Notes under the pieces: model-generated
Databases searched by the model: none
What the model was told of the DNA's origin: nothing
Seen by the model: the letters and a program-made list of their open reading frames with translations, nothing else
Part shown: one piece after another, positions 19,192-29,420 of the stretch
How the letters are laid out: the number at the start of each line of letters is the position of its first letter
Position numbering within the stretch: the first letter of the stretch is position 1
Source: a virus
Taxonomy: Duplodnaviria > Heunggongvirae > Uroviricota > Caudoviricetes
Length of the DNA: 64,000 bases
Virus record (IMG/VR): IMGVR_UViG_3300031413_000001
Direction: 5' to 3' (one strand)
Translations under genes and position numbers: made by a program

Positions 19192-20077
19192 AATGGCAAT
19201 CGCTGATGCTTATGCGATCCCCTGGGAATTCACTGATCAACAGACGGGCAAGAATGACCTGTCGATGTACTATCAGCATCCCACGTATGCCGCACTGACC
19301 AAGGGTCAGTACACCGATGATACCCAGCGGGCAATCGCCAATGCCGAGGTTCTCCTAAGTGGTGATGCGATGGATCCATTCACACCGCTTTCCTATGCCT
19401 GCTACATGGTCAACGCCTACAAGCGAGATCGGCGGGATGGCTACAGTCGTGGTTTTCAGGCACTCCTGGACAGCGTGGATCATGGGGCGGAATTGCTTCA
19501 AAAGGTTCAGCGCACCAAGGACAGTAATGGATCGGTAATGGGCGTGGCGCCCCTGGGCTTTATCAGCGACATTCCCAGCTTGAAGATGGCAGCAACCATC
19601 CAGGCAATATCCACCCATCACCCCTCTACGGCCATCCACGCGCAGATCGTGGCGCTGGCGGCCCACTACTTTATCCATGGCGTGGGGGATCGTACCGGGC
19701 TGGTAAACTTTGTCGTGGAGCACACCGACTGGGTATCGGCCGATCAGAAGTTCCGCTGGTTGGGTGAAATGTCCAATTACTCCGTGGACCCCAGCAAGCC
19801 CACGACCATCAAGGCCCAGAGCATCAGCGCATACGTGGTCCACGCGGCGTTCACGATGCCCACGTTGGGCTCCATTATGATGGATGCAGTGGCACGAGGA
19901 GGGGACACCGACAGTGCGGCTGCTGGTGCGGTGGCGGTTGCCAGTTGCTCCAAGGAAGTTGAGTACGATATTCCGGCGGTTCTCTCGCTGGCACTCGACT
20001 ATGCCAACCCCCATTATGGTACCCTGTTTCTGAGCGGTCTTGAACAAAGATTGCGAAGCGAGTACGTTGAAGCTTGA
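19181..20077 (+). CDS. ADP-ribosylglycohydrolase (DraG/ARH family)
   Basis: AIADAY, YTDDT, SNGSVMGVAP, GGDTDS. Confidence 0.9.
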   Translation: MLAEMAIADAYAIPWEFTDQQTGKNDLSMYYQHPTYAALTKGQYTDDTQRAIANAEVLLSGDAMDPFTPLSYACYMVNAYKRDRRDGYSRGFQALLDSVDHGAELLQKVQRTKDSNGSVMGVAPLGFISDIPSLKMAATIQAISTHHPSTAIHAQIVALAAHYFIHGVGDRTGLVNFVVEHTDWVSADQKFRWLGEMSNYSVDPSKPTTIKAQSISAYVVHAAFTMPTLGSIMMDAVARGGDTDSAAAGAVAVASCSKEVEYDIPAVLSLALDYANPHYGTLFLSGLEQRLRSEYVEA

Positions 20078-20108
20078 CACCAACCCTACTCTCTTGTAAA
20101 AGGGTTGT

Positions 20109-20594
20109 ATGGCAAAGATGATCATCCTAGTAGGTCCCCCGGCAAGCGGGAAGAGCACTTGGCGAGCCAAGTTCCTTTCCCAGACGACCGAAGAGTGGGT
20201 CATTGCCTCGACCGATGATCTGGTGGATGCGTGGGCTGCGGAACGCAACCTAACGTACAACGAAGCGCATGGGAAAGCGCCCTGGGCTCAGTTCAACAAA
20301 ACGTTCAAGTACGCGGTGAAAAACGCCGTCGCTGCTGGAAAGAACATCATCATCGATCGCACTTCGATGAGTGCCAAGAACCGCAAGGACTACTTCAAGG
20401 ACCTCCCTGAGGGCTATGAAGTGGAGGCAGTCGTCTTCGTTGTTGATCAGGTTGAACTGGAGCGGCGCATGAAGGCGCGCTTCGAAGCTACTGGAAAGAG
20501 CGTTCCCCACGTGGCGTTGCTTTCGATGCAGAAGCGATACGAAACGCCCACAAAGGAAGAGGGCTTCACCAAGATCACTTACGCTTACCCGTAA
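20109..20594 (+). CDS. P-loop kinase (AAA_33 / polynucleotide kinase-like)
   Basis: LVGPPASGKST Walker A; IIIDRT. Confidence 0.85.
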   Translation: MAKMIILVGPPASGKSTWRAKFLSQTTEEWVIASTDDLVDAWAAERNLTYNEAHGKAPWAQFNKTFKYAVKNAVAAGKNIIIDRTSMSAKNRKDYFKDLPEGYEVEAVVFVVDQVELERRMKARFEATGKSVPHVALLSMQKRYETPTKEEGFTKITYAYP

Positions 20595-21639
20595 GTCGAG
20601 TGCCATCCGACCCGTAGAACGGGTCCCCCTGGTTCGCAGAGAACCGCGCTGAGTCGTCCCCATAGCTTCCACGGAGCAATGGTGGGCGGCTCTTTGCGTC
20701 TAGGGTGTTGCCAAACTTTGCCGCCTGTCGCTGCGTCTCACCTGGTTGTACGTCCACGGTGGTGTTGACATTGGGAATGATCTTTCCCTCTTCCTTCAAA
20801 TCCTTGTAAGGCTCCACGTAGAACATGGTGCCGCTGCTGGTCTGCTGACTGTTGGACTTCCAACCCATTTCCTTTGCCAAGAGACTTGCGAGACGTCCAT
20901 AGAGTTTGGCACGACTGGGCTCCTTGGCTGAAAAGCGGATTCCCTCTGGCTTGTGGCGGGTTAGAAAGTCCCGGCAGATATCAGCGACCGTTGCAAAGAT
21001 CTGAAACGATGCACCAGCGCCCGTGATATCCATCCCGTGGTTTTTGCTGCTGAACATGATATCCGTGTAGCCATCACCCAGCGAGAGTGTGACATCAATC
21101 CGATCATCCTTGACGTAGAAGCTGGCGATCGATCCCTGAGGACGCTCACGTGCCCACTCCCATTCAATGGGTGCGTTCAAGAGTTCATCAACCCGTTCCT
21201 CTTCAACTGGTTCACCAAAGTTCAAGATGTAGCCCTTGCCCCAATGGGGATCCATTTCCGTGGTCAACTGGGCTCCAGTCTTTCGAGCCAACTCTCCAGC
21301 CATCCTAGCGTAAAGCTTCTGGCGACTGGATTCCTTGGCGTGAAAGGAAAACGTCTTGGGTTGATTGTCCCTTAGATAGTTCTTGATGATATCCGCAATG
21401 GTACCAAAGACCACAAAGGCGTCGCCCTTGCCTGTGACTTCCTCACTGTGATCATCATCATTGAATGTTAGGCTGACGTTGCCATCCTTGTTGTGAAAGT
21501 AGACCCAAAAGACGCGCTCGGTCATTGTGATCTTGGCAAGCCAATAGTCAGAGACCTTCTTCATCCAAGACCAAGGCTGGATGTTGTCAAAGGCTTCATC
21601 CAGTTGCGAGGATGGCGATAGAAGTTCCCAGAGTTTCAT
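20575..21639 (-). CDS. Hypothetical protein with an internal domain duplication, possibly a virion internal protein
   Basis: Two copies of a ~120 aa unit ending SR.KLY.R.A..LA; TAAATA upstream. Confidence 0.75.
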   Translation of the reverse strand: MKLWELLSPSSQLDEAFDNIQPWSWMKKVSDYWLAKITMTERVFWVYFHNKDGNVSLTFNDDDHSEEVTGKGDAFVVFGTIADIIKNYLRDNQPKTFSFHAKESSRQKLYARMAGELARKTGAQLTTEMDPHWGKGYILNFGEPVEEERVDELLNAPIEWEWARERPQGSIASFYVKDDRIDVTLSLGDGYTDIMFSSKNHGMDITGAGASFQIFATVADICRDFLTRHKPEGIRFSAKEPSRAKLYGRLASLLAKEMGWKSNSQQTSSGTMFYVEPYKDLKEEGKIIPNVNTTVDVQPGETQRQAAKFGNTLDAKSRPPLLRGSYGDDSARFSANQGDPFYGSDGTRLTGKRK

Positions 21640-21816
21640 GCGATATTTAGCTTGACAGTGGAACTCACTTTTGCTACCATTGCGCCATGTTCACGAGAAG
21701 ACACCAACCGGCGCGCTAAATACTCCGCGCCCCTGCCAGCGGATCTGGTCTTGGGTCTTCTAAGCCTAAAGCATTGGGGTTCGACTCCCCTCAGGGGCTC
21801 CAAATGGAGAGTGAAC

Positions 21817-22209
21817 ATGGATGGATTTACCACAACAACCTTTGAGCCCGAGGCTCAAGACAGCTTTGGTCAATATGCCATTCAGCCTGGCAGCATCCAT
21901 GTCTTTCCCTTTCAAATTCCCATGTTTGGCGCAATGGAAATTGGCCATGCCCATATCCTGCCCAGCACTCAGGACTTTTCCATAGATGGATGGGTCTCGG
22001 ATGCTCCACTTGATGGTCGCCGTTATGGTCACTTCAAGCTGATGCGCCGCCGAACAGAGATTGTCTACCACTGCTCCTTTATGAAGACTGACGTCGAGGA
22101 CCCCAGATACTTTCTCGAGAGTGGCAAGACGTTCTACGTGAACATCAAGAACCTAGCCAACCAGCGCAACGCATACGAGCTGACATTTTCGCCAACGACT
22201 GCACAATAG
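21817..22209 (+). CDS. Hypothetical protein
   Basis: ATG after ggagag. Confidence 0.6.
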   Translation: MDGFTTTTFEPEAQDSFGQYAIQPGSIHVFPFQIPMFGAMEIGHAHILPSTQDFSIDGWVSDAPLDGRRYGHFKLMRRRTEIVYHCSFMKTDVEDPRYFLESGKTFYVNIKNLANQRNAYELTFSPTTAQ

Positions 22210-22263
22210 GAGTTGACGCACTGGTGTGACCTGCTACACGTGGGGAAACCACTAGGAGCGCTC

Positions 22264-23817
22264 ATGCTTTACGCGACCAAGGAAATGATCGACAACCGTG
22301 TGGCCACGCTGGTGGCCGCCGCTGACACTGTCGAGGAATTCACAGCTTTTCTCGACGCCATCAAGGGTCAGGAAGAGAATCCCAACTGGAATGAACTGTA
22401 TGCGTCCAACTTCATGGACCACATGCAGCGTCCCCTTTACAAGGGCTTCAAGCATTCCGTTCTCGCCGTATATCACAACGATGAAGCGCAGCGCGACGCT
22501 TTCTGGACCGAGTGGTCGCTGGAAGAGCGGCACACGGCAACCATCCGTGACCAGCATCTCGACATGCTCCATCAGAAGATGGTCGAGATCAAGGAGGCCA
22601 CGGAGACTCCCGAACAGAAGGCAATGACCATCGAGGAGCGGACCGGCCTGGACAAGGACGACCCCTTCGATCGTCGGACCGAGGCAGAGGTCGAGGCCGA
22701 CAACAAGATGAAGGAGCAGATGAAGGAGATGCGGAAGAAGGGCGACCTCTCCGGCGACTCCTTTAGCGGCGCAGACGCGCAGCGCGAGGCACGTCCCCAG
22801 AATCAGGACGTTCCCGGCGCATACGGTCGCTCCAAGGCCATCGAGGGCCTCAACATCTTCGAGCCCGAAACGGACTTCAGCAGCAAGACCAACGAGGAGC
22901 TCAAGGAAGCCCTCACGGAAATGGGCGTTCCCGACGTGCAGGGCGTCTATGATGACGACAAGGTGCCCCAGAAGGCCGTTGCCAAACAGGGCAACATCTA
23001 CGTTGAGGACATCAAGGGCGACCGAAACGAGGACGGCACCTTCGATATCGACAGCATCACGGCTCACAAGGTCGGTGGCGAGGTCGATGAAGTGACGAAG
23101 GCGGAGCGCGAAGCCGCCTATGCGGAAAAGGCCAACGCGGCCAAGGGCGGAAAGAAGCGTTTCAGCCCCGATGACTTCGCCGCCATCCTGCGTGGCGATG
23201 GTTCGGCCGACGCCGTGCTTCACGAAGAGGGCGACAACCGGATGACCCGGACGGCCGCCGACGGCAAGAGCCGGCCCACGCTGAGCGATCACGCCGAGCA
23301 GGCAATCGCCGAGCACAAGGAAAAGGAGCGCGGCGAAATGAAGCGCCGTCGCACCCAGGCCGAGAAGGAGCAGGATGTCAAGGCTCGCGGCGAGCGCGAT
23401 CGTGGCATCTTCAAGGGCGGTGATCTCCACCCCGATGACATCGACGCAGTGGAGTGGGATGCGATCCCCGAAGAGGTCCGGAAGGTTCTCGAGGACGCGG
23501 ATCTCAAGCGGGACACCATCGAGGTCAAGAACTATCCCTTCAACAGTGAGCTGGGTGGCCGCGCACTCCTCCCCTTCGATGGACTTTCCACGAAGGGTGG
23601 CTTCCGCTATGTTGGCGGCGTGAACCTCACCACCGAGGGCACGATCTCGATGGGCACCCCAGGTGTTGCGATCGTCTCGCGCACCGATACTGCCCAGGAC
23701 GGCTATGGCATCTATGGTCGCCGCAGCTACACCAAGGTTGCTTCGGAGGTCGAGGGCGAGCCGGCAACCGAGGAGTCGACTGTTGACGTGTGGTTGGTTC
23801 GAGTTCGGGCTAACTGA
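22264..23817 (+). CDS. Large acidic hypothetical protein
   Basis: 517 aa, strongly biased codon use, aggag RBS. Confidence 0.8.
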   Translation: MLYATKEMIDNRVATLVAAADTVEEFTAFLDAIKGQEENPNWNELYASNFMDHMQRPLYKGFKHSVLAVYHNDEAQRDAFWTEWSLEERHTATIRDQHLDMLHQKMVEIKEATETPEQKAMTIEERTGLDKDDPFDRRTEAEVEADNKMKEQMKEMRKKGDLSGDSFSGADAQREARPQNQDVPGAYGRSKAIEGLNIFEPETDFSSKTNEELKEALTEMGVPDVQGVYDDDKVPQKAVAKQGNIYVEDIKGDRNEDGTFDIDSITAHKVGGEVDEVTKAEREAAYAEKANAAKGGKKRFSPDDFAAILRGDGSADAVLHEEGDNRMTRTAADGKSRPTLSDHAEQAIAEHKEKERGEMKRRRTQAEKEQDVKARGERDRGIFKGGDLHPDDIDAVEWDAIPEEVRKVLEDADLKRDTIEVKNYPFNSELGGRALLPFDGLSTKGGFRYVGGVNLTTEGTISMGTPGVAIVSRTDTAQDGYGIYGRRSYTKVASEVEGEPATEESTVDVWLVRVRAN

Positions 23818-24206
23818 TGTTCACGGTCGATGATATAACGCTTCTGCGGGCTATCGCGATCATCGAAACGGAGGAGGTGAATACGGTCACCTCCTCCGCA
23901 CTCACGCGGTTGCTGGGAGCAGAGGACGACTTCAACATACTTCGCACCAACGACCACCTCCGAGGTCTTCTAAAGACGTTCCTGCAAGCCAGCGTAGCAG
24001 TGGAGTCCAGAAGCAAGGACCTCTTCCGTGAGCAGGCAAAGGGCATCATTGGCCGTATGTTGAATGGTCATGCCTCGAGAGTAAAAGACCTCCAGGATGA
24101 AGTGATCATCCTGAAGGCCATACGTGATGAAGCTTTCAAACCCTACGAGATGCTACGCAAGCTCACTGATAATGAGAACGACTTGCTGAAGCGGGTACTC
24201 ACTTAG
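23817..24206 (+). CDS. Hypothetical protein
   Basis: TGATG coupling. Confidence 0.7.
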   Translation: MFTVDDITLLRAIAIIETEEVNTVTSSALTRLLGAEDDFNILRTNDHLRGLLKTFLQASVAVESRSKDLFREQAKGIIGRMLNGHASRVKDLQDEVIILKAIRDEAFKPYEMLRKLTDNENDLLKRVLT

Positions 24207-24850
24207 GCGAAACCAACTTCCCTCTTGAGTGCAGCAAGCTGGCTGTCATAGCGCGCTCCCCACTTGCCAACCCAGTCCTTGAGCTTGGCGAAGAAGCCAG
24301 TCAGCTTGTCGCCAACGCCCTCTTGGATTCCCTCTTCCGCGACTCCGGCCTTGTCGGTTGTCTTGAGACTTGGGCTCTTCTGAACTGGTGCGCTGGTGTG
24401 CTTGGCAATCAGCGTCTCGAGAACATCCTGTAGCTCTGGAGTCAGCTTGCTCTGGAGTTCCTCAAGAACCTTCGCGTACTTGACGGTTTCAGTGGCCTTG
24501 GGATCCTTGCTCATCTGAAACACAAACGAGACAGTATCAACGACGCGGGTGCAAGCTGCATCCTCGGCGTGGAACAAGTCCTGAATCATGTCCTTGGTAT
24601 CAGCCTTGGTCTCTTCCTTGAGCTTTTTGATTCGAGCCTCAAGACGTTCCACACGGTTTAGAGTACGACCCAGCTTGGTGTACTTTCCGCTCTGATAGCT
24701 GGAAAGAAACGCGGTGACCTTGGTGATCTCTCCACCGGCCTTCATTTCAGCAGAATAGGAAACACTGGGATCATCCAGCTTTCCACGGTAGCTTGTGTCT
24801 TCGGCCTCAAACAGGTTGAGGAACCCGCGCATGTTGGTTGCGTCTGTCAT
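24203..24850 (-). CDS. Hypothetical protein, possibly virion-associated
   Basis: ggag RBS; TAAATA upstream on the minus strand. Confidence 0.75.
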   Translation of the reverse strand: MTDATNMRGFLNLFEAEDTSYRGKLDDPSVSYSAEMKAGGEITKVTAFLSSYQSGKYTKLGRTLNRVERLEARIKKLKEETKADTKDMIQDLFHAEDAACTRVVDTVSFVFQMSKDPKATETVKYAKVLEELQSKLTPELQDVLETLIAKHTSAPVQKSPSLKTTDKAGVAEEGIQEGVGDKLTGFFAKLKDWVGKWGARYDSQLAALKREVGFA

Positions 24851-24918
24851 TGATAACTCCTATTTGAAGCGTTCGCTTATTTATTGAGTTTTTCAAGCCT
24901 ACTTGTCTACAAAGTGGA

Positions 24919-25524
24919 ATGCACCTATTCCTATACCAAGCCGCCAGGCACGAGAAGCCCAGTTGGGGCACCCGTCGCCTAAGTCAGAACACCATCAGGA
25001 TGGACTTTGATCTTGCACTGCTCAAGCAGGGCATCAAGGGACGATATGAGATTGTTGGCTGCACCCTCCACCCCTGGCAGCAAGCCTTAAAGAAGGTTGG
25101 CTTGGAAGAGGAGTTCTACGGTCACATCATTGAAATCGAAGACAGCAAGAATGCCGTGTGGTTCAAGCTCAACTACGATAACATTGGCCGAGGGGTGACA
25201 AAGTATATTGGTGGTTGGCGGGACCTCGACCCCGCGCATATCGAGCCCCACATCCTTCAGTACCAGAACTTGAACAAGGTCCTGACAGAGCTGAACAGCC
25301 AGACGCAAGGCATCCGAAATCAGGGCTACTATTTGAATAGCTTCTGCGAGCCCAGGCAGCCTCATCCAGAGGTCTTCCATGAGGCGCAGAAAAAGGCCAT
25401 TGAATACCAATCAGCCCTGAGGGATGCAACCAACACGCTGAACAGCGAGGTCAAGAAAACGCAAAAGGCAATGGCCAAGATTCAAGATGCGGTCCGTCAG
25501 TATATGAAGGACCACAAGGGATAA
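24919..25524 (+). CDS. Hypothetical protein
   Basis: 201 aa ORF. Confidence 0.65.
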   Translation: MHLFLYQAARHEKPSWGTRRLSQNTIRMDFDLALLKQGIKGRYEIVGCTLHPWQQALKKVGLEEEFYGHIIEIEDSKNAVWFKLNYDNIGRGVTKYIGGWRDLDPAHIEPHILQYQNLNKVLTELNSQTQGIRNQGYYLNSFCEPRQPHPEVFHEAQKKAIEYQSALRDATNTLNSEVKKTQKAMAKIQDAVRQYMKDHKG

Positions 25525-25590
25525 AACTGGTTGACCCCTATCCTGTTTGTGCTAGAAGCTGGTGTATAGGCAGCACAAGCAGGAGATCGA

Positions 25591-26502
25591 ATGTCCATTC
25601 CAACGATCCAGGAATTCAAGTCCATCGCAACTACGACGATGCACGAGATTCAGGTCTGGGCCCGGGAAGCGTTTAATCTTTCCTCACTGCCGATCAAGCT
25701 GACCATCACGGAACACCGCCACAATTTCTACGGCATAGCGGGCATCAAGCGCGACAAGATGGAACGCTTTGATGCGTTTACGATCAAGCTGGCCGCGCAT
25801 GATTACATCAACTATCCCCTGAAGGCTGTTGGTGAATATGCCAGCTACAACAACATTGTGGGTATTGGTGGCTTCGAAACCACTGACACCACGTTGTCCA
25901 TCAGGGCGCTGGTTGCCCATGAGATGGCCCACGTGATTCAGTTCGCGCTTCGCATGGATGCAATCAACGGCATCAGTAATGGTCGCCCCCATCCGCTGGT
26001 CACCGATTGGAAGGGTGCAACGCCGATATTTGGCAAGACACTGGGCGAGTATGAGGGCGGTCACGGTTCGTTCTTCCAGGCCATCTACAAGCGGGTACGT
26101 GAGCGCTTTATCAATGACGCTGTGCCACGCTCCGCATATACGGCTCCCAGGGTTCAGTTCACCATCCCCGATCTGTTCGACGAAAAGATGGCCAAGATGC
26201 CAAAGAGCAAACTGGCCGGCATCAAGTTCTTCAACGGTGGTCGACAGCTAACGGTTCTGGGTTACAATCCCAAGCGGAACAAGCTGTTTGATTACGTGGT
26301 CGAGGACGCGCAGGGCAAGGTTCTCCGCTGCAAGATGAGCCTGATCGTCCAGCAAAGCCCGGAAGCAAAGAAGCTGACCGAGACCGACCCGGCAGTCCGC
26401 GCAGAATTCTATGCCCACTGCATCGCGCAGCAGGGCAAATCGCAAGCAAACATGAAGAGCCGGCAGACCAAAGCGCGTCGTGCCGTTGCAAGGAGCAACT
26501 GA
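25591..26502 (+). CDS. SprT-like zinc metalloprotease domain protein
   Basis: VAHEMAHV (HExxH) and GHGSFFQ. Confidence 0.65.
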   Translation: MSIPTIQEFKSIATTTMHEIQVWAREAFNLSSLPIKLTITEHRHNFYGIAGIKRDKMERFDAFTIKLAAHDYINYPLKAVGEYASYNNIVGIGGFETTDTTLSIRALVAHEMAHVIQFALRMDAINGISNGRPHPLVTDWKGATPIFGKTLGEYEGGHGSFFQAIYKRVRERFINDAVPRSAYTAPRVQFTIPDLFDEKMAKMPKSKLAGIKFFNGGRQLTVLGYNPKRNKLFDYVVEDAQGKVLRCKMSLIVQQSPEAKKLTETDPAVRAEFYAHCIAQQGKSQANMKSRQTKARRAVARSN

Positions 26503-26503
26503 T

Positions 26504-26878
26504 ATGATCCTCTTGGCACTGGCCCTGGCCGCGCAGGGCAATTTCACAGAAACTTTTGAACGAGGGCAGACTGTGAATCTTTCCAACGGCTTCTACATCT
26601 GCCGTGGAAAGCCCGTCGCCAACGTCCTGGAAAGCATCGCGCTATTCCGTGATCAGCGGACGCGGAAGAACAAAGCCCGGAGCCTGGGCTGCCCGCTACA
26701 TCAGAGTGAACTCCCAGCAGTCACGGAAGTGCAAGAGGTGGTTGCCGCTTACTGTGGTCCCATGGTGCCCGTGAACGGCGGAATGATGTGCAGGAACGAG
26801 GCATACCAGCTGAAGGTGGGCAACAGTCGTCACCAGACCACGGTTATATTCGTCCTCGACGATTACGCGATCGACTGA
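26504..26878 (+). CDS. Putative secreted protein
   Basis: Signal peptide, paired cysteines. Confidence 0.6.
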   Translation: MILLALALAAQGNFTETFERGQTVNLSNGFYICRGKPVANVLESIALFRDQRTRKNKARSLGCPLHQSELPAVTEVQEVVAAYCGPMVPVNGGMMCRNEAYQLKVGNSRHQTTVIFVLDDYAID

Positions 26879-26918
26879 TATATTGACGGAACAATCCTCT
26901 CCCCAGCTATAAGGGGGT

Positions 26919-27344
26919 ATGAAGATTGGTTTCTCCTTTGGTCGCTGCCTTCGGGATATTGTCAATGGCACCGTTGATTACGACGATGTCTATCTGATCG
27001 TATGCCGAACGGCTATCTATGACAGTCACCAGATGGATGGGGTGGTTGAACAGTACCTCATGCGTCCCGACTATTTGATGGGGTTGGATGAAGGCGAATG
27101 TTACGACATGGCCTTAAAGCTGATGACTGAGCGAAAGCTCTATCAGCCCCGCGTCGTACATGGCACCAATCCCCGTCAGGTTGCCGAGGACTGCGTCTGG
27201 ATGGATCTTGCCCCAACGATCTTGGGTGAGGATGCAGCCAGTGAGCAAGTGGTTCATGCGTGGAAGCAATACCAGCTGGCTCTGAAGATGACTTCGCTGA
27301 AGAAGTTTCCAGAACCCCGCCACCTCCTAGATGATAACTTCTAA
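26919..27344 (+). CDS. Hypothetical protein
   Basis: 141 aa ORF after a promoter. Confidence 0.7.
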   Translation: MKIGFSFGRCLRDIVNGTVDYDDVYLIVCRTAIYDSHQMDGVVEQYLMRPDYLMGLDEGECYDMALKLMTERKLYQPRVVHGTNPRQVAEDCVWMDLAPTILGEDAASEQVVHAWKQYQLALKMTSLKKFPEPRHLLDDNF

Positions 27345-27673
27345 TGAGGGTCATTGATGCAGGCCACGTCTATGAGCTCGACGATCTAAAGAGCGACACC
27401 AAGACGGACTTTAACTTTCACATGGATCCCAAGATCCACCCTCAGGGAATGGATGGTCCCAGCTGCCAGGAAGTCCTGAGAATGCTGATTGACCGTGTGG
27501 AGTATCTGGACCGCGAGAAGTTCTGGGGACGCAATGCGGAGATCGTCCAGCATCTTCGTCAAGCCATCCTCTTGTTTGAGATCCGTGCCCTGGAACTCAA
27601 GGTGGTCAAGGGCCAGCTAGCCATTGAGGACTTGGAAGTGGGTCCTGATGGTCATATAAAACTGTCCAAGTGA
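27344..27673 (+). CDS. Hypothetical protein
   Basis: TAATG coupling. Confidence 0.65.
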   Translation: MRVIDAGHVYELDDLKSDTKTDFNFHMDPKIHPQGMDGPSCQEVLRMLIDRVEYLDREKFWGRNAEIVQHLRQAILLFEIRALELKVVKGQLAIEDLEVGPDGHIKLSK

Positions 27674-27684
27674 ATAAGTAGTGG

Positions 27685-28254
27685 ATGGTAAACACTACAC
27701 ATAGGGATCCACCCAAGCCAGTTGGGTGGGACACTCCCACAAAGGGAACGTGTAGATTCTGCGGTCTTCCAGTCTTGAACGAAGATGGAACCGTGAACTA
27801 CCGCACCTACTGGCATCCAATCTGTGTCGTCGATTACAAGATGATCTTCTGGCCAGGTGTTACCCGTCAGGCAGTATTCATGCGCGATGGCGGAAAGTGT
27901 GCCACTTGTGGGCATCGCTGCTCCACGCGAGGATCGGACGTATGGCACCTAGACCATATCCAGCCACTGGTTGAGAACCGTGGCGTCGGTGATATTGAGT
28001 ACTGGAAGATGGGCAACCTGCAGACGCTTTGTCAGCCCTGCCACCATGCCAAGACCAGTCGAGAAGCCACAGAACGAGCGGCCAGCAGAAAAGCTGCCAA
28101 GGAAGCCGAAAAGGCCGGTGTGACTCTTGACCCCACATTGTTTGTGGTGCCAAGCAAGCAAGACGATGAGCAGGTCACGAAAATTCGGGACCGTATCTTC
28201 GAAAAGGACCAGCGGAAGCGAACAAGGCCTCCACGTGGTAAGAGACGCCGTTAG
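27685..28254 (+). CDS. HNH endonuclease
   Basis: CATCG...LDHIQPL...NLQTLCQPCHHAKT. Confidence 0.85.
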   Translation: MVNTTHRDPPKPVGWDTPTKGTCRFCGLPVLNEDGTVNYRTYWHPICVVDYKMIFWPGVTRQAVFMRDGGKCATCGHRCSTRGSDVWHLDHIQPLVENRGVGDIEYWKMGNLQTLCQPCHHAKTSREATERAASRKAAKEAEKAGVTLDPTLFVVPSKQDDEQVTKIRDRIFEKDQRKRTRPPRGKRRR

Positions 28255-28409
28255 CGGTTGCTCTTAATGTCCTTTACGTCGGTGCTGACACTGCTCGCCA
28301 GATCGGTTGCTTCTTCCTGCTGGGTTTCCTGTGTGTAACCCATCATGGAGAGGAAGCCGGGATCTAGGTCTTGCCACCAGCTTTCGGGTAGGATTTCTCT
28401 GATCTTCAT
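28251..28409 (-). CDS. Small hypothetical protein (MKIREILPE...)
   Basis: 52 aa; N-terminus resembles capsid-targeting peptides. Confidence 0.45.
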   Translation of the reverse strand: MKIREILPESWWQDLDPGFLSMMGYTQETQQEEATDLASSVSTDVKDIKSNR

Positions 28410-28515
28410 GCTTTTATTTAGCGGGTGTTTATGTCGGATACGGTGTGGTGCCTTTTGACTGCAATCGTGGTGGCCATCCTGGCTGCAACAATGCTGGCAC
28501 GATGGGAAATGAGCG

Positions 28516-28728
28516 ATGGCTGAGCTGGTAATCCACAAGCATGATGGCGCAACGGCAACCGAGGGATTGGCCCGTACAATACGTGATGTAACGGGATGTA
28601 ACATCAAGGAAGCCAAGAAAATCATCGACCATTGCAAGGCGGGCGGACGTGCTACCATACAAGTGCCCTTTGCTCAGCGGTTAACGGTTGCGGCAAAGTT
28701 TCACGAAAAAGGTTTCACAACGTCATAA
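28516..28728 (+). CDS. Ribosomal protein L7/L12 C-terminal-domain-like protein
   Basis: LARTIRDVTGCNIKEAKKIID resembles [21 protein letters not shown]. Confidence 0.6.
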   Translation: MAELVIHKHDGATATEGLARTIRDVTGCNIKEAKKIIDHCKAGGRATIQVPFAQRLTVAAKFHEKGFTTS

Positions 28729-29001
28729 GAACATATTGCAACGCCAACGATACGGCTACATAAAGAACATGCGGTTCGAGAAATTGCTCGTTTTTGGGCT
28801 ATTTCGAAAGTGTCCTGTTTATTCAGGCATAAATAGAAACGTAGAAACGCTGTAGAAAACATATTGCAAACGCGGTTTTGTTTTCGTATAGTGTGGACAT
28901 AGGGCAGAGGGAACGCTTAGGCGCTTTTACTGCCCTCGCTGCAAACGCCGAGCGCGAAGCGAGGTTCGGACCCGGTGGGTCGGGGAGTTTGCGGTACCCA
29001 C

Positions 29002-29074
29002 GGGGGATTAGCTCATCTGGGAGAGCGCGTGCTTTGCAAGCATGAGGTGGTCGGTTCGAGTCCGACATTCTCCA
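29002..29074 (+). tRNA. tRNA-Ala(TGC)
   Basis: Cloverleaf, G3:U70. Confidence 0.9.
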
Positions 29075-29157
29075 CTAAGGCAAACGGTTGGAAATAAAAA
29101 TTCAACGGTGCGCTTTTTTATTGCTTGACATAACGTCAGGGCAGTATAAGTAAACAG

Positions 29158-29420
29158 GCAGCACGGAATAGTCCGCGCTACAGTTTTAAAGGAATGTGTT
29201 TTCAATGTTGCATCTAGGCACTCATATGGTATGCGGAAAGGTCGGCCAAGTCGCCGCCTCCTTTATCGCGACCGTACTGGGCGCCACATGGTCGCAGCGC
29301 GGAGAACAGATTTCCAACCCAGTCGATAGTAAGCGTCCATATGCGCTTAATACGGCCGGGGTCGGTTTCCAGGAGCAAGACTGGGGAGGTTAACACTTTC
29401 CATTCAGCTTTAGGAAAACA
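29158..29420 (+). ncRNA. Candidate ~270-nt structured ncRNA
   Basis: Promoter at 29125, catatgg/ccatatg and gcgacc/ggtcgc stems, own terminator. Confidence 0.45.

Noticed and set aside
29196-29393. 65-aa ORF
   Set aside because: No RBS and it lies in a heavily paired region; an ncRNA is more likely
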